From contig CAJZIX010000003.1 in assembly GCA_916049765.1 (NCBI GenBank), positions 12,520-76,519 on the forward strand: a stretch of 64,000 nt of DNA. Direction: 5' to 3'. A program made the translations under genes and the position numbers. The notes under the pieces were generated by a model. That model searched no databases. It had not been told where the DNA came from and saw nothing but the letters and a program-made list of their open reading frames with translations. The stretch comes from an uncultured bacterium. GTDB taxonomy: Bacteria; Patescibacteriota; Gracilibacteria; Absconditabacterales; Absconditicoccaceae. Shown here piece after piece: positions 23,638 to 35,432 of the stretch. Position 1 is the stretch's first letter. Each line of letters begins with the position of its first letter.

Positions 23638-24189
23638 TTACATTTTTGATATCACCCATTTAATCACTTCTGCTAAATCTGAGTTTTCAAGATTTTCAGG
23701 ATAAGTTGAAAGTACTGACTTGACTTGCTGACCATCATAACCAAGGTTCTGAAGAGACTTCACTACCGACTTAAACAGTTTCTGATTCTGATCTACTCCA
23801 AAAGCTTCGGAAAGCTTAAAACTTCACTTAAGTTCCAAAATGATTTTCTTCGCAAGTTTCGGTCCAATGCCAGGAATGCTTTGAAAAAGCTTAGTATCCA
23901 GCTGTTCAATGGCTCTTGCAAGCTCCTCAACTGGAATTTGAACGATCTGAAAAGCCGTTTTTGGACCGACTCCAGAAATTTTCAGCATCTGCTCAAAGGA
24001 CTCCTTTTGCTCAAAAGTATCAAAAGCAAAATAAAAAACTGACTTCTTTTGTTCATCCAAATAGGGATAAAGGAAAAAAACCCCCTCGTTTTTGCTCCCT
24101 GCATAATTCACCTGGATTCAGAAACTTGGATTAACAAGAAAGGATTCAGATTTTATTTTTTTGAGTGCTCCTGTAAAATAATGAAACAT
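23638..24189 (-). CDS. ruvA: Holliday junction DNA helicase subunit RuvA
   Basis: MFHYFTGALKK... joined through two TGA to track ORF 23824..24111. Tandem helix-hairpin-helix motifs ISGVGPKTAFQI and IPGIGPKLAKKIILELK. Stop TAA 23638-23640. Confidence 0.85.
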
Positions 24190-24374
24190 AAGCTAAGAAA
24201 GAGGAAATAAAAAATAATAAGTATTCCGTTATATTAAAAGTAATGTTTCTGATATCAACTATCTCTATAAAGAAAAAGAATAGATAAGCTAATACAGTAT
24301 AGGAATCTTTTGTTTGAAATCAAATCCAAAAAAACTATACTTCTTGGCTCATTTATCTTATTTTTTATCAAAAA

Positions 24375-24926
24375 ATGCATCTTGTAAACGACATTCCGAC
24401 TTTTGTAGACGAAAAAAAAGGTTATTTCAATGTGGTCATTGATGTTCCTAGAGGTTCTAATAACAAATATGAATACGACCATCATCTTGGTTGTTTTAGA
24501 CTTGATCGCGTGATTCATAGTAGTATGTATTATCCAGTAGATTATGGTTTTATTCCTCAAACGCTTTCTGAAGATGGCGATCCTTGTGATGTCTGCCTTT
24601 TAACGACCAATCCGACCTTTACCGGATGCTTGATCAAAGCAAGACCAATTGGAATTCTCTATACTTCCGATAATGCTGGAGACGACCCAAAGATTATTGC
24701 AGTTCCTACATGAGATGTAGATCCAAGATGGGATGAAATTCATCATATTGATGATCTAGGGCATCACATGAAAGAAGAGCTCTTCACAATTTTCAAGCAG
24801 ATTAAATTCCTTGAGCATGAAAAGTATGATAAAGTAGAAGTAAGAGGTTTTGGAAGTATTTTAGAAGCTCAACAAGAGATTATCACTTCTATGAACAGAT
24901 TTTTTGAAACTCAGCATCAAAACTAA
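24375..24926 (+). CDS. ppa: Inorganic pyrophosphatase (family I)
   Basis: NKYEYD, YPVDYGFIPQTLSEDGDPCDV. One in-frame TGA, stop TAA 24924-24926. Confidence 0.9.
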
Positions 24927-24948
24927 TCTTTAATTCTTTCTTATAGCT

Positions 24949-26724
24949 ATGACGCTAAAAAAAGAGAAGAAAACGGACTACAAAAGAGTCTTTCAGTTCG
25001 CCTTTACGACCTATCGTCAATTTCCTTGGCTTGCGATTGGGAGTCTTTTAACTAGACTCTGTGCCACAATTAGTGTTCTCGTTCCTCCTATATTTTACAA
25101 AGAGATTATTGATATCCTGTCCTCATCAACGGGGATTACCAATGAACTAAGTCTGAATGCTATTGGAGTGCTGATGATTATTTTATGGATCAAAATAGCT
25201 AGTTTTATTGTTTATAGACTGTACGATTTTTGGGCAATAGCACTTGAAATGAATATCCAAGGACGGATCAATAATTTTTTTCTGCAAAAGTTACAATACC
25301 ACTCCTACAAATTCTTTTCTGAAAACATGAGCTGATCTCTAATTAGTAAGTTTAGAAAAGGAGTTTCTGCATTTGAAAAACTGAGCGATATTTTTTCATG
25401 GCAAATTCTTCCTTTCATCACTAATGTGACCATCATTTTAATCATTATAGGAATGCAAAATATCTGAATCAGTGTTTGAATTTTTGTAGTCATTTTGATT
25501 TTTACATGATTACAATATGTGCTCTATAAGTATATCCATCCTTATCAAGAAAAAGCAAATGCCCTAGATAGTGAGCAAGGAGGGTTGCTTTCTGACTTGA
25601 TTATCAATAACTATACTATCAAACTTTTTGCTTCAGAGAAAAAAGAAGAAAGAAAATATGCAAAGCTAAATTATGATACTGCTCATGCTAGGAAGATTCA
25701 ATATCATAAATCCATTTGGATTTGGGGAAGTTCTGCTGCTATTTGAATTATTCTAGAGGTAGGAATCATGTATCTTGCCATTCGTATGTGGGGAAATGGA
25801 ACAATCTCTCTTGGGATGATAGTACTTCTCCAAACCTATATTTTGAGATTAATTGACTTCCTCTGGGGAATTGGACAAACACTTCGTCATACTTTCATTG
25901 CCATAAGCGAAGCTTCTGAAATCCTAAAAATCATTGATACTCCACATGAAATCCAAGATAAAAATGATAAAAAGCTGAAAGTAAAGCATGGAGAAATCCG
26001 CTTTGAAGGAGTAGATTTCAGCTACGGAGAAAACCAAATTTTCCACAATTTGAAACTCCATATCAAACCTAGTCAAAGAGTAGCCCTCGTCGGAGAATCT
26101 GGAAGCGGGAAAACTACAATCACCAAGCTCTTATTCAGACTTTATGATATTCCGAGTTGAGAAATTCTCATTGATGATCAAAATATCGCTGAAGTTACAC
26201 AAGAATCTTTAAGATCCTCAATGTCTATGATTCCTCAGGATCCGATTCTTTTCCACCGTTCCATCAGAGAAAATATCGCTTATGGAAAGCCAAATGCGAG
26301 TGATGAGGAAATTATCGCCGCTGCGAAAATGGCGAGATGTCACGAGTTTATTTCTCATCTCAAAAATGGCTATGAAACTTTAGTCGGAGAGAGAGGAATC
26401 AAACTTTCAGGAGGGGAAAGGCAGAGAGTAGCGATTGCAAGAGCGATTTTGGAAAATAAACAGATCATCGTCATGGATGAAGCAACTTCAGCACTAGATA
26501 GTGAGTCAGAATTTTTGATTCAAGAAGCGATGGAAGAGCTGATGAAGCATAAAACGGTATTGATTATCGCCCATAGACTCTCTACGATTATGAAAATGGA
26601 TGAAATCATCGTGATGGATCAGGGAAAGGTCGTTGAAAAAGGAAGCCACAAAGAGCTCCTTGCAAAACCGGAAGGAATCTATAAAAAACTACGAGACATT
26701 CAGTCTGGAGGATTTATTGCTTAG
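24949..26724 (+). CDS. ABC exporter, fused permease/ATPase (MsbA/type I exporter-like)
   Basis: Four track pieces are in one frame. Walker A GESGSGKTT, LSGGERQR, Walker B IIVMDEATSALD. S(TGA)EILIDD fits the conserved Gly. The C-terminus is YKKL(CGA)DIQ. Confidence 0.88.
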
Positions 26725-26734
26725 AACATTAGAA

Positions 26735-27895
26735 ATGCGAACATTAGAGGTTTGATGTGGATTTTTGATTCTCATTGCAGGATTACTTTTGAAAGATTAT
26801 TTGAAAAAGAGAAAAAAACCTGAACTCATTCCGCTTTCAGTCTTCATTCCTTGTTATAATGATGCAGAAAGCATTGAAACAACGATCAAAAGCCTTTATG
26901 CGAGCTATCCTAAAGAACTTCTTGAAGTTTTTATTATCAATGATAAAAGTACAGATTCTTCTCTTGAAATCCTTCAAAAGCTTAATAAAACTTACCCTTT
27001 CCATTTCCTCAATAACGAAAAGAACCTTGGGAAATCTGCAACCCTGAATCAAGCTAGCTTAAAAGCAAGTCACGAAACATTCCTTATTCTTGATGCAGAT
27101 ATGGAAATCAATAAAAAAAATCTCGTAGAAATGCTTAGAAGAAAAACAGGCAAGGTTGTTGCAGTGTCTTGCCCTTATCTTCCTCTAAATAAAGGATTTC
27201 GAGCAACCATGCAAGCTATAGAATATGTAATGATGAGTTTCCTCCAAGCATCTTACAATATTCAAGGAGCAATCGGAATTTGGGGTGGTTGCATTTTAGT
27301 AGACAAAAAGCCGTTCCTAGAGGTGGGACAGTTTTCTCATCAGGCAATCATTGAAGATATGGACCTTGCTTTCAAACTTACCAAATCTGGTTACAAAGTA
27401 GAACAAGCATTAATTCCTGTAAAAACCTATGTTCCAGACACTTTCAAATCTCGGCGAAGCCAAAAAATCAGACGAGGATCTGGCGGAACACAATGCTTCA
27501 TAAAATATTGGAACGTTTGGATAAAAAATCCGCTTCATATCCTATTTCTCTCATTTTTTTGTCTGACGATTGGAGCTTCTGCATGGAGCTTTGTAAAAGA
27601 TCGGCTAATCATCGAGCCAATACTGGAAATTTCTCATTCTTGGACAAATATTTTCTTTGTATTAAGTCCTAAATGGCGAACAATTACCCTTTTTACCAAG
27701 CTTTGATTTACACTTTTTTCTCTTCCTTACATCATTCCCTTGATAAAAAACCGAAAAGAAAGCTGGAAAATCCTTTTGGTCATTCCATTTTCATTGATCT
27801 ATATTCCTCTTTTTTCTTTTGTAAATGTTATAGCAGCGATCAAAATGCTCTTTATTTACAAAAAGCTTGAACACTGAAAAACAAGAGGACGATAA
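26735..27895 (+). CDS. Processive family-2 glycosyltransferase (PgaC/IcaA/cellulose-synthase-like membrane-embedded synthase)
   Basis: N-terminal TM, then VFIPCYND, ILDADM, IEDMDL, and QKIR(CGA)GSGG, which becomes the Q-x-x-R-W motif if CGA=Trp. C-terminal TM helices are reached through a TGA at 27704. Stop TAA 27893-27895. Confidence 0.85.
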
Positions 27896-27923
27896 TGTAG
27901 ATTTTTAATTTTTTTTCATTACT

Positions 27924-28355
27924 ATGATGAAACCTGGGGCACTGCCTATTTTAATGCTTGTGATCTCCATTATAATATTGTGGGTGCTTTTTCTGACAAG
28001 AGGAAACAATTTTACTCTAAAAAAATATCTAAAAATTTTTGCAGGCGTATTTTTGATGCTTGCGCGACCATTTGTCGTCATGTTTATCAACGATTTGTTA
28101 AAAAGGAGGTATAGCATTGATCTTCTTTGAGAAGGAGAGGAAGGAGGAGAACTTGATGAACTATCACAACAAACACTCTTTTTTCTCCCTATTTTTCTTT
28201 ATCTTGTATGGTATTTTCTCATAAAAAGAAGGCGAGATGGCATTCCTATAGAAGCTCAAGAGAAAATAAGATGGCGGGTATCAAAATTTAAAAATTGGAT
28301 TATTGGGCTATTTATTTCATTATTGATCTTAATTTGGTTTCTTATAAAAAAATAA
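27924..28355 (+). CDS. Small membrane protein (about 3 TM), unknown function
   Basis: Track ORF 27924..28130 continues through one TGA to TAA 28353-28355. Confidence 0.55.
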
Positions 28356-29062
28356 TAAATCCTCAAAACAACAAACCCACTTTTGCTATAAGAAGAAAAA
28401 TAGTAATTTTTTTATGGATACTTATTATCTTTGTTTTCTGAATCTTTTGACTCTCTCTATGGATTGAACAAAGCACAAAAAATCAGATTTTTTTTCTTGA
28501 TTCCTTAGAAACTACAGAAGAAAGCACACTTTTGATTCCTTGAGCTTGAATTTACGGCGATCAACCTTGACGCATCTATCAAGAAAGACTCAATACCGCA
28601 CTTCAACTCCTCAAAATAAATCCTCAACTTACAATCCTCATCAGTGCGGACAATAGCAGGGAAAACTACAATGAAACTGCAGTTGGCTTGTACTATCTTC
28701 TAAAACATAAAGTTAACACTGGGAATATTTTCTTAGATTTTGCAGGATTTGATACCTACGATAGTCTGTATCGTGCAAAAGCTATTTTTCAAGCAGAAAA
28801 ACTGATCATTATTTCACAGGACTTTACCCTACCGAGAGCCTTGTTTATCGCAAATCAACTTAACATTCCTGCGATTTGAGTGATTGCCTGATCAGGGAAA
28901 GTCAGCTTTCGTAATTTTTTGAGAGAGAAATTTGCAAATATCAAAGCCTTACTTGAAAGCACGCGGAAGCTGAAGCCTCATTTCCTTGGAGAACTAATCC
29001 CTTTAAGCTGAAGAAGCAATAGCTGGGAATTTTTAGAAAAAGTAAATCAGAAGCTCTTTTAA
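28334..29062 (+). CDS. SanA/YdcF (DUF218) family envelope protein
   Basis: ILISADNSRENYNETAVGLYYLL...FLDFAGFDTYDSLYRAKAIFQAEKLIIISQDFTLPRALFIA is collinear with E. coli SanA LLSGDNALQSYNEP...LDYAGFRTLDSIVR...IIITQRFHCERALFIA. Several in-frame TGA. The start is uncertain (no in-frame ATG, TTG 28334 proposed). Stop TAA 29060-29062. Confidence 0.75.
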
Positions 29063-29089
29063 CGCTTTAATTCAAACTCTCAAATCAGA

Positions 29090-29737
29090 ATGAAAGACTA
29101 CAATCAGGCTCTCAAATACGAAATTTTCATCAAAGAAGAATACGCTTGTGCGAAAACGCTTATCAAATCTGCGAAAATAATTTTTGATATTGGAGGTCAT
29201 ATCGGACTTTTCTCTGAATGGTGTCTAAAACTTAATCCTCAAGTGGAAATTCACTATTTTGAGCCTTTTGAAAAATTGGTTCAAGAAGCAAAAGCCAGAC
29301 TTCAAGCCTCTTCTTCTCAAATTGTTTTCAATCCTTTTTGAGTCGCGAAGATCCCTTGATCCTATAATTTTCTCTTCAACCCTACGAAAACGATGCAGTC
29401 AAGCCAGTTTCCCTCCTTTCTCAATCCAGCTTGAACCCTTGCCTCAGTTCGCTGTGAAAATCTCAATGACTATCTACAAAATCAAAAAATCTGATCCATA
29501 GACCTCATGAAACTTGATATTGAAGGGATGGAGTTTGAGGTACTCTTTGATCTCCAAGAGGAAAGCTGGGAAAAGATTCAGGCTTTGGTCTGTGAAGTGC
29601 ATCTTTTTTCTCCTCAGCAGGAAGCTCAGTTCCCAAAGTTGCTCTCGCTTTTGAAAACACATTTCAGCTCTGTTGAGCGAATTTCAAGCCCTTATAACGA
29701 AAAGCTTTGACTTTGCTTTTGTCAGAAAAATCCTTAG
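29090..29737 (+). CDS. FkbM-family SAM-dependent methyltransferase
   Basis: IFDIGGHIGLFS and LMKLDIEGMEFEVL motifs. 29090..29341 and 29507..29710 are in one frame, joined through TGA codons. Stop TAG 29735-29737. Confidence 0.75.
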
Positions 29738-29771
29738 ATTGAGACCAGTTTTACTTTCTTATCTTTATATA

Positions 29772-30275
29772 ATGAAAAAAGGCATAAAGCTATATAATGT
29801 AATTTTCCCAATTTGGATACTCCTTTTCTTGCCTCCAGTGTGGTTAGTGGTCTTCCCTGCAAATTTTGCAATTGATTCACTTGTTTTCCGATTGGGATCC
29901 AAGTTGGAGAAGCTTCAGAATATTCTGGCAGTATACAAAAAAAGTATTCTGAAAATCTGGGGCTTTGGATTTTTGGCAGATCTTTTGGGAGCTGGATTTT
30001 TATTCCTCTCTTTTGCATTAGAAAAGCCGTTTTGACGACCTTATGAAATCACAGCAGCGATCAGTCACCATCCTTGGAAGCATCCTATAGCTTTAACTTG
30101 GACTGTAGGAGGGCTGTTGATCGCTGGAGTTAGCATTTTCTTTTTCAATTATTATTGGAGCTTTGCTGAAACAGATTTGACTTCAGATCAAAAAAAGAAA
30201 CTTGCTCTTGCTTTGGCTGTCTTTACCATGCCTTATCTTTTCCTTTTCCCTTTGGACTGGTTTATGATATATTAA
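29772..30275 (+). CDS. Membrane protein (4 TM), unknown function
   Basis: ATG 29772 (MKKGIKLYNVIFPIWILLF...), one in-frame TGA, stop TAA 30273-30275. Confidence 0.55.
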
Positions 30276-30406
30276 ATATATAATAATTTATATGTCAATA
30301 ATTAAAACTAGCACTCTTTCGTAAAAGATGAGAAAAATCAGTCTTTAAGCCCATTTATGAACAAAAAAAAAGAAATAAAAAAGCTGTAAAAATCTCTTGA
30401 TTTGAC

Positions 30407-30434
30407 TTGAAAACAGCGACAACTCTCGTATGAT
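30407..30434 (+). promoter_or_regulatory. Sigma-70-like promoter upstream of hup
   Basis: TTGAAA, a 16-nt spacer, then TATGAT. Lies about 45 nt upstream of the hup ATG. Confidence 0.4.
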
Positions 30435-30477
30435 ACTAGTGTACAAAGTACTTTTTATATCCTATTTTGTTACAACA

Positions 30478-30753
30478 ATGACAAAAACAGCTCTTATTGC
30501 TAGCTTGGCTGCAGAACTTGGAGTTTCTAAGAAACTTGCTGCTGAATTAGTAAACGCTTTTATCGACACAGTTATTGCTGGTGTTAAAAAACACGGTGAA
30601 GTAAGAGTTCAAGGTTTCGGAACTTTCAAAGCTTCTAAAAGAAAGGCTAGAGAAGGGGTTAATCCTCAGAATCCTAAGCAAAAGATTAAGATCCCTGCAA
30701 TGAAGGTGGTTACTTTCAAGGCTGGTTCTGATTTCAAGGCTGCTGTGAAATAG
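30478..30753 (+). CDS. hup: HU/IHF-family DNA-binding protein
   Basis: MTKTALIASLAAELGVSKKLAAELVNAFIDTV...GFGTFKASKRKAREGVNPQNPKQKIKIPA. Start taken at the internal ATG of track ORF 30430..30753. Confidence 0.9.
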   Translation: MTKTALIASLAAELGVSKKLAAELVNAFIDTVIAGVKKHGEVRVQGFGTFKASKRKAREGVNPQNPKQKIKIPAMKVVTFKAGSDFKAAVK

Positions 30754-30782
30754 TTTGATTTTTTCACAAAAATATATGAGAA

Positions 30783-30808
30783 AATCCTGAATTAAATCAG
30801 GATTTTTT
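30783..30808 (+). terminator. Rho-independent terminator after hup
   Basis: AATCCTGA-attaaa-TCAGGATT (8-bp perfect stem) followed by a T-run. Confidence 0.8.
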
Positions 30809-30863
30809 CTTGTTTTTTACAATTAAAGACCTATACTTCAAATTATTTTATCTTTTATATTTC

Positions 30864-31568
30864 ATGATGAAAGCACTTACTTTCTTAGTATGTTTAGGAA
30901 GCATCATCCTTGCCTGATGTACCATTTCTCATCCAAAAGAAGAAAACAGAGTAATTAAGACAGAAAACAGCTCTCAAATTTCTAAAAATGATACCGTATT
31001 ATTCAAATCAAGCTATGAAGCACTAAATAATACAAAACCCTATATGCTTGTTCCCGAGCAGTTAAATATCCATATACTGGACTTCTCTGGAGTACAAGAA
31101 TTTTTAGAAAGCGGAAGTGGAATCCTTTATTTCTGATTTCCAAGCTGCCCATGGTGTAGAAATCTACTTCCAAACCTTTTTGAAGTAATGGAAGAAAATC
31201 AGATTTTAGACCTTTATGTCTTTGATCCCAAAGAGATTCGTGATGAAAAAGTTTTAGGAACAGGAGGAGAGCTTATTATCAAAAAAGCAACAAGTCCCGA
31301 ATATCAATATTTACTTAACAAACTCAATCATCTACTTCCTATTTATGAAGGACTGAATGATCCTCAAATAAAAAGACTCTACGTTCCACTTCTTGTGGTA
31401 ATAAAAAATGGAGAAATCGTTTGATCTCATTTTAACACACTAGAGGAACAAGAAGATCCAAACATTACATTGACCAACGATCAAAAGAACAAGCTCAAGC
31501 AACTTCTCAATCAAGCAATAAGCCCCATTCTCTCACAATCTTGCTGAATAAATAACCCTGCGTGTTAG
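30864..31568 (+). CDS. Thioredoxin-fold lipoprotein (CPWC active site)
   Basis: MMKALTFLVCLGSIILA(TGA)C gives lipobox L-A-G-C with the Gly encoded by TGA 30915-30917. F(G)FPSCPWCRNL carries the CxxC motif. Stop TAG 31566-31568. Confidence 0.75.
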
Positions 31569-31665
31569 ATGTAATAAGAGAAAAAGTCTGATTTTTTGAC
31601 TTTAAAAAGTTTCAGAGTATAATAAGAAAGGAAAATCCTTTTTTATCCGCCTAAAGAATAAACAA

Positions 31666-31953
31666 AATGCCAGAAACAGAAAACCAAGTTACAACAGTTG
31701 AACTTTGAAAAATCAATTCAAAAGAAAACACCGAGAGAAAGCCATGATTTCTTGAAAAAGGAGTAAAAAATGTCGTAAACTTTTTTGCGAAAATAAGCAA
31801 CCAACCTCATCCAGAAACAGGAGCTCCTCAATCCTCCTCAACACAACAACCAACCTATCAAGAAAACCAAGCTCAAGAAACACTTCCTCAGGAATGAAAG
31901 AAAACATCTAGTTTTTTCGATACTCTTGTGAATTCCACGCAAAATCTCCTTAA
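31666..31953 (+). CDS. Hypothetical hydrophilic protein, possibly the 5' part of the next gene (frame break)
   Basis: ATG 31666, two in-frame TGA, stop TAA 31951-31953. Overlaps the start of the next ORF in another frame just after a T6 run (31911-31916). Confidence 0.4.
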
Positions 31954-32608
31954 TAAAACAGAAAACTTGGTATCTACCGCTGCAAACAAAACAAAAGAAA
32001 TTACGCAACAGATCAGAGAAGTTCCAGGAAAAGTTGTAGAAAAAACAAACACGGTAATTCAAAAAGGAGTTGATCTAGGAGAAAAAGTAAAAGATAGGGC
32101 AGAAACCCTTACTGATAAAGGAATTGATTTCGGAAAGAACCTTCAAACCACAATGAGCGATGGAGTACAACAATTCACCAAAAACCCCCTACAAGCGACA
32201 GGAAATATCGTAAAAGGAACAGTAAACTCTACTACTCAGCTGGGGAAAGATCTCTGAAATCAAGCTGAAGAAATCGGAAAAAATACTCTTGAAAATATAC
32301 AAACAACAGGAGAAAATCTCCAAGAGGGATTAAAAAACGTAAGAGAAGAAACACAAAGAAATTGAGATAAAGCAGGAATAAAAGCTACAAATGTCTTCTG
32401 AGAAATCAAAGAAATAGGAAAAAATATAGTAGAAAAGACAAAAGAAGTTGGATCGAATACTTTTGACACAACAAAGGATCTGGTAAAAAACCCCATCAAT
32501 CATATTGATAAAGTAATGTGAGGAGAACATCAGGGAGCTCCTACGCCCACTACCGAAACAGAGAACACCACCCACCTAGACAATTTAGAAAAAACAACAG
32601 AAAAGTAA
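31928..32608 (+). CDS. Repeat-rich hydrophilic protein (LEA/apolipoprotein-like amphipathic repeats)
   Basis: Track ORF 31928..32257 (GTG start) extends through four TGA to TAA 32606-32608. Recurring K-x-x-E/D-x-G-K-N/T-hydrophobic units. Confidence 0.55.
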
Positions 32609-32634
32609 AAATACAGTTCATAATTTCACAATTA

Positions 32635-32659
32635 AGGGAGAATCTTTTTCTCCCTTTTT
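32635..32659 (+). terminator. Rho-independent terminator
   Basis: AGGGAGA-atctttt-TCTCCCT followed by T5. Confidence 0.75.
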
Positions 32660-32682
32660 AATTTATCTGCTCTGAATTTCAC

Positions 32683-34305
32683 TTGACAAGTCCAAAACGA
32701 TTCCTACACTCACATAAATCCTTTAGCTTCCTAAATCAAAAACCAATGTTTCTTGCAAGCTTTGCACTGTTTACTTGGGTTTTTACAAGTTTTCTTCGCT
32801 TCAAGCGAGGAGTTATATTTTTCATTGGAATTTTTCTCCTAAGTTTATTTATTCTTCTCATTATCACAGGGATCAAAAAGAAAGAGAAATCCTTTTTCTT
32901 TGCAAAACTCAAACAAATATTCTTGACACAAACATTAGCCTTTCTTCTCGCAAGCATAGCGATAAGCCTTAGCTTGCTACAAAAAGATCAAAATCTGATT
33001 TCAAACTTTTTTTCCTTTTCTACGCTAAAAATCGAAACTCCTAAATCAGCATTCACCCCTTTTATGGAAGAAGTCCTCGTTCTTGAACAAACTAAACCGA
33101 ACACATATATCGTCCAAACTCAGAACGGGAAAGAATTTTTCCTCAAGACTAAGAAAATTCACCATATTGGAAGCAACTTACGCTTAGGAGCATCGTTAAA
33201 ATCCATCGATTCATCAAAACTTTACACAGAATTAAGCTTCAGCTGAGGATTAGAAAGCTTCTGAACATACCAATTTAACTACGATAAATGGATGTTGATG
33301 AAAGACATCTCGGGGACACTCTATGAAAAATTCTCCCTTCCAACTAAACAAAATGAAATCCAAGCCTCTTGGCTTCATCAACAACTAAGCACCACCAGAA
33401 TCCGACTCAAAAAAGCCATTCAGAAAGTTTTCCACGACAAAGAAGCCGCTTTACTTCTAGGAATGTTGATCGGAGATAAATCCCAACTAGAAACAGAAGC
33501 CTATCAAAATTTTGTTACAAGCGGGATTGTTCATATCATTGCAGTTAGTGGAGGAAATCTTGTGATGATCGTGGTTTTTCTCAGTGCAATATTATTTTGG
33601 ATTCCTTTTTACATCAGGAATGGACTGATTATTCTCGGAGTAATCGCTTTTGCACTACTCTGTGGTGGAGATTCTAGTGTAATAAGAGCCTTAATTATGG
33701 CGGTACTTTCACTGTTTGCACTATTTCGAGGAAGAGAAATTCAAATTCGAAGACTCCTGAAATACGCCTTCGTTCTCATGCTTTGCTACAACCCATTCTT
33801 TCTGACTTATGATTTAGGATTTCTCTTAAGTTTCTGAGCAATAATCGGAATTATTCTTGTAAGTGAATGATGGACAAAATTACAAGAAGAAAAAGCGTGA
33901 AAAGAAAAACAAAAAGAGAAAAAAATCAGCATTCCATTCTTGGTTAAGTTTCTGAAAAACTACGGACTTCCTACCCTATGAGCAACACTTGGAACCCTGC
34001 CGATTCTTCTTTTCTTTATTGGAGAAACAAACCTCACTGGTGTAATCATCAACCTTTTGATCGTTCCTTTAGTACCAATTATTACGATCGGGGGATTTTG
34101 TTCGGTGTTATTAGTTAGCCGAACAACTTGGAATTGGATTGCTTTACCAATTAATTGGCTTTTAAATTTTGTTTTCCGAACTGCAGATCTCGTGAATATC
34201 TGGAAATTTTCTATCCTCATTACTACAACCTGGGCAAAACGAGCATTCTTACTGCTCTTGATAGGTATCGGTACTTTAATTTACAAACTCATTAAAAAGA
34301 AATAA
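32683..34305 (+). CDS. comEC: ComEC/Rec2-family DNA internalisation channel (competence domain only, no metallo-beta-lactamase domain)
   Basis: Three track pieces are in one frame. GIVHIIAVSGGNLVMIV matches the family HxxAxSGxH region. About 10 TM helices, 540 aa. Confidence 0.8.
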
Positions 34306-34439
34306 AGGCACAAAAAAACAATATCTCAAAATTTGATTTTGTCAATCTAGAAGCAGAATGAAAAGTCAGATTTTTTTTCTTATTTCAAAAAATAATTATA
34401 ATATAAAGGTAGATTTTTAACCGCTATCGGAAATAAAAT

Positions 34440-35363
34440 ATGTATGTGCATCTAGATGAATTAGAAGCTTTATATGGAAATAGCAATAAAGAAGTAGAAG
34501 TTTTTGCTAGCCCTTTTGAAAAAACAAATACCCAAAGAAAATCTTATTCTCTTCCAAAAATAAGATTACCAAAAATGAAACTTATCTCCGAAGTAAAAAC
34601 ACTGATTATCCTCTTCTTAATTGTATTTTCAGGATTTTTCTTTTTTACCAATGCAAAACTTGTATTATGGACAATAAATGATACATTTACTAATGAAATA
34701 CAACCTACTGCAAGCGATCTCGAAGCGATTACAGAACATCATTCAGCAGATCAAAAAGAACAAAAAGCACAAAAACTGAATGAACTGGAAGAACAGTTTA
34801 CTCAACTTCAGAAAAATTTCAGAACTGAAGAAGAACTTGCTCCAACCATGAAAGAATTTCTTGATAAGAAACAAGAAACCCACACTCTTAATTTTAACAC
34901 ACTTCCTCCAACGAATAGATTAATCATTCCTGATTTGAATATTAATATTCCACTCGTAGACGTGCCAATCAAGGGAGAAGAAGACTTTTCTGAAGGGCAA
35001 TTTGATGACGAGCTCATGCAAGGTGCAGTAAAATATCCAACTACTCCCATTCCTGGAAACAAAGGGAATAGCCTCATTTTTTGACATAGTTCAACAGAAT
35101 GGTGGAAACATAACGAATACGGATTTGTTTTTAGAAATTTGCCAAAACTTCAAGCCGGACAAAAATTCCAAATTATTTGGAATGGTCAGCTGACTACCTA
35201 CGAAATGGTAGAAAGAAAAATCGTCCTACCAAAACAAGTTCCAGAATATTATCATGAAATTCAAGATAAAGAAGGAAGTTTTGTAACCCTGATGGGATGC
35301 TATCCGATCGGAAGTAATGCAAAAAGAATGATGGTCGTGGCTAAAAAAGTTGCTAATGAATAA
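34440..35363 (+). CDS. Sortase-family transpeptidase, membrane-anchored
   Basis: One TM helix, then NSLIF(TGA)HS (the sortase G-H motif), FVTLMGCYP (the TLxTC cysteine) and a distal Arg (KRMMVVA). 34440..35084 and 35139..35363 are in one frame. Confidence 0.75.
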
Positions 35364-35432
35364 AAATTCTTTGACTTCTTTAGCTATATTCATAGAAAAA
35401 ATCTGTTTTTAACCTCTTTCTAGCAAAGTATC

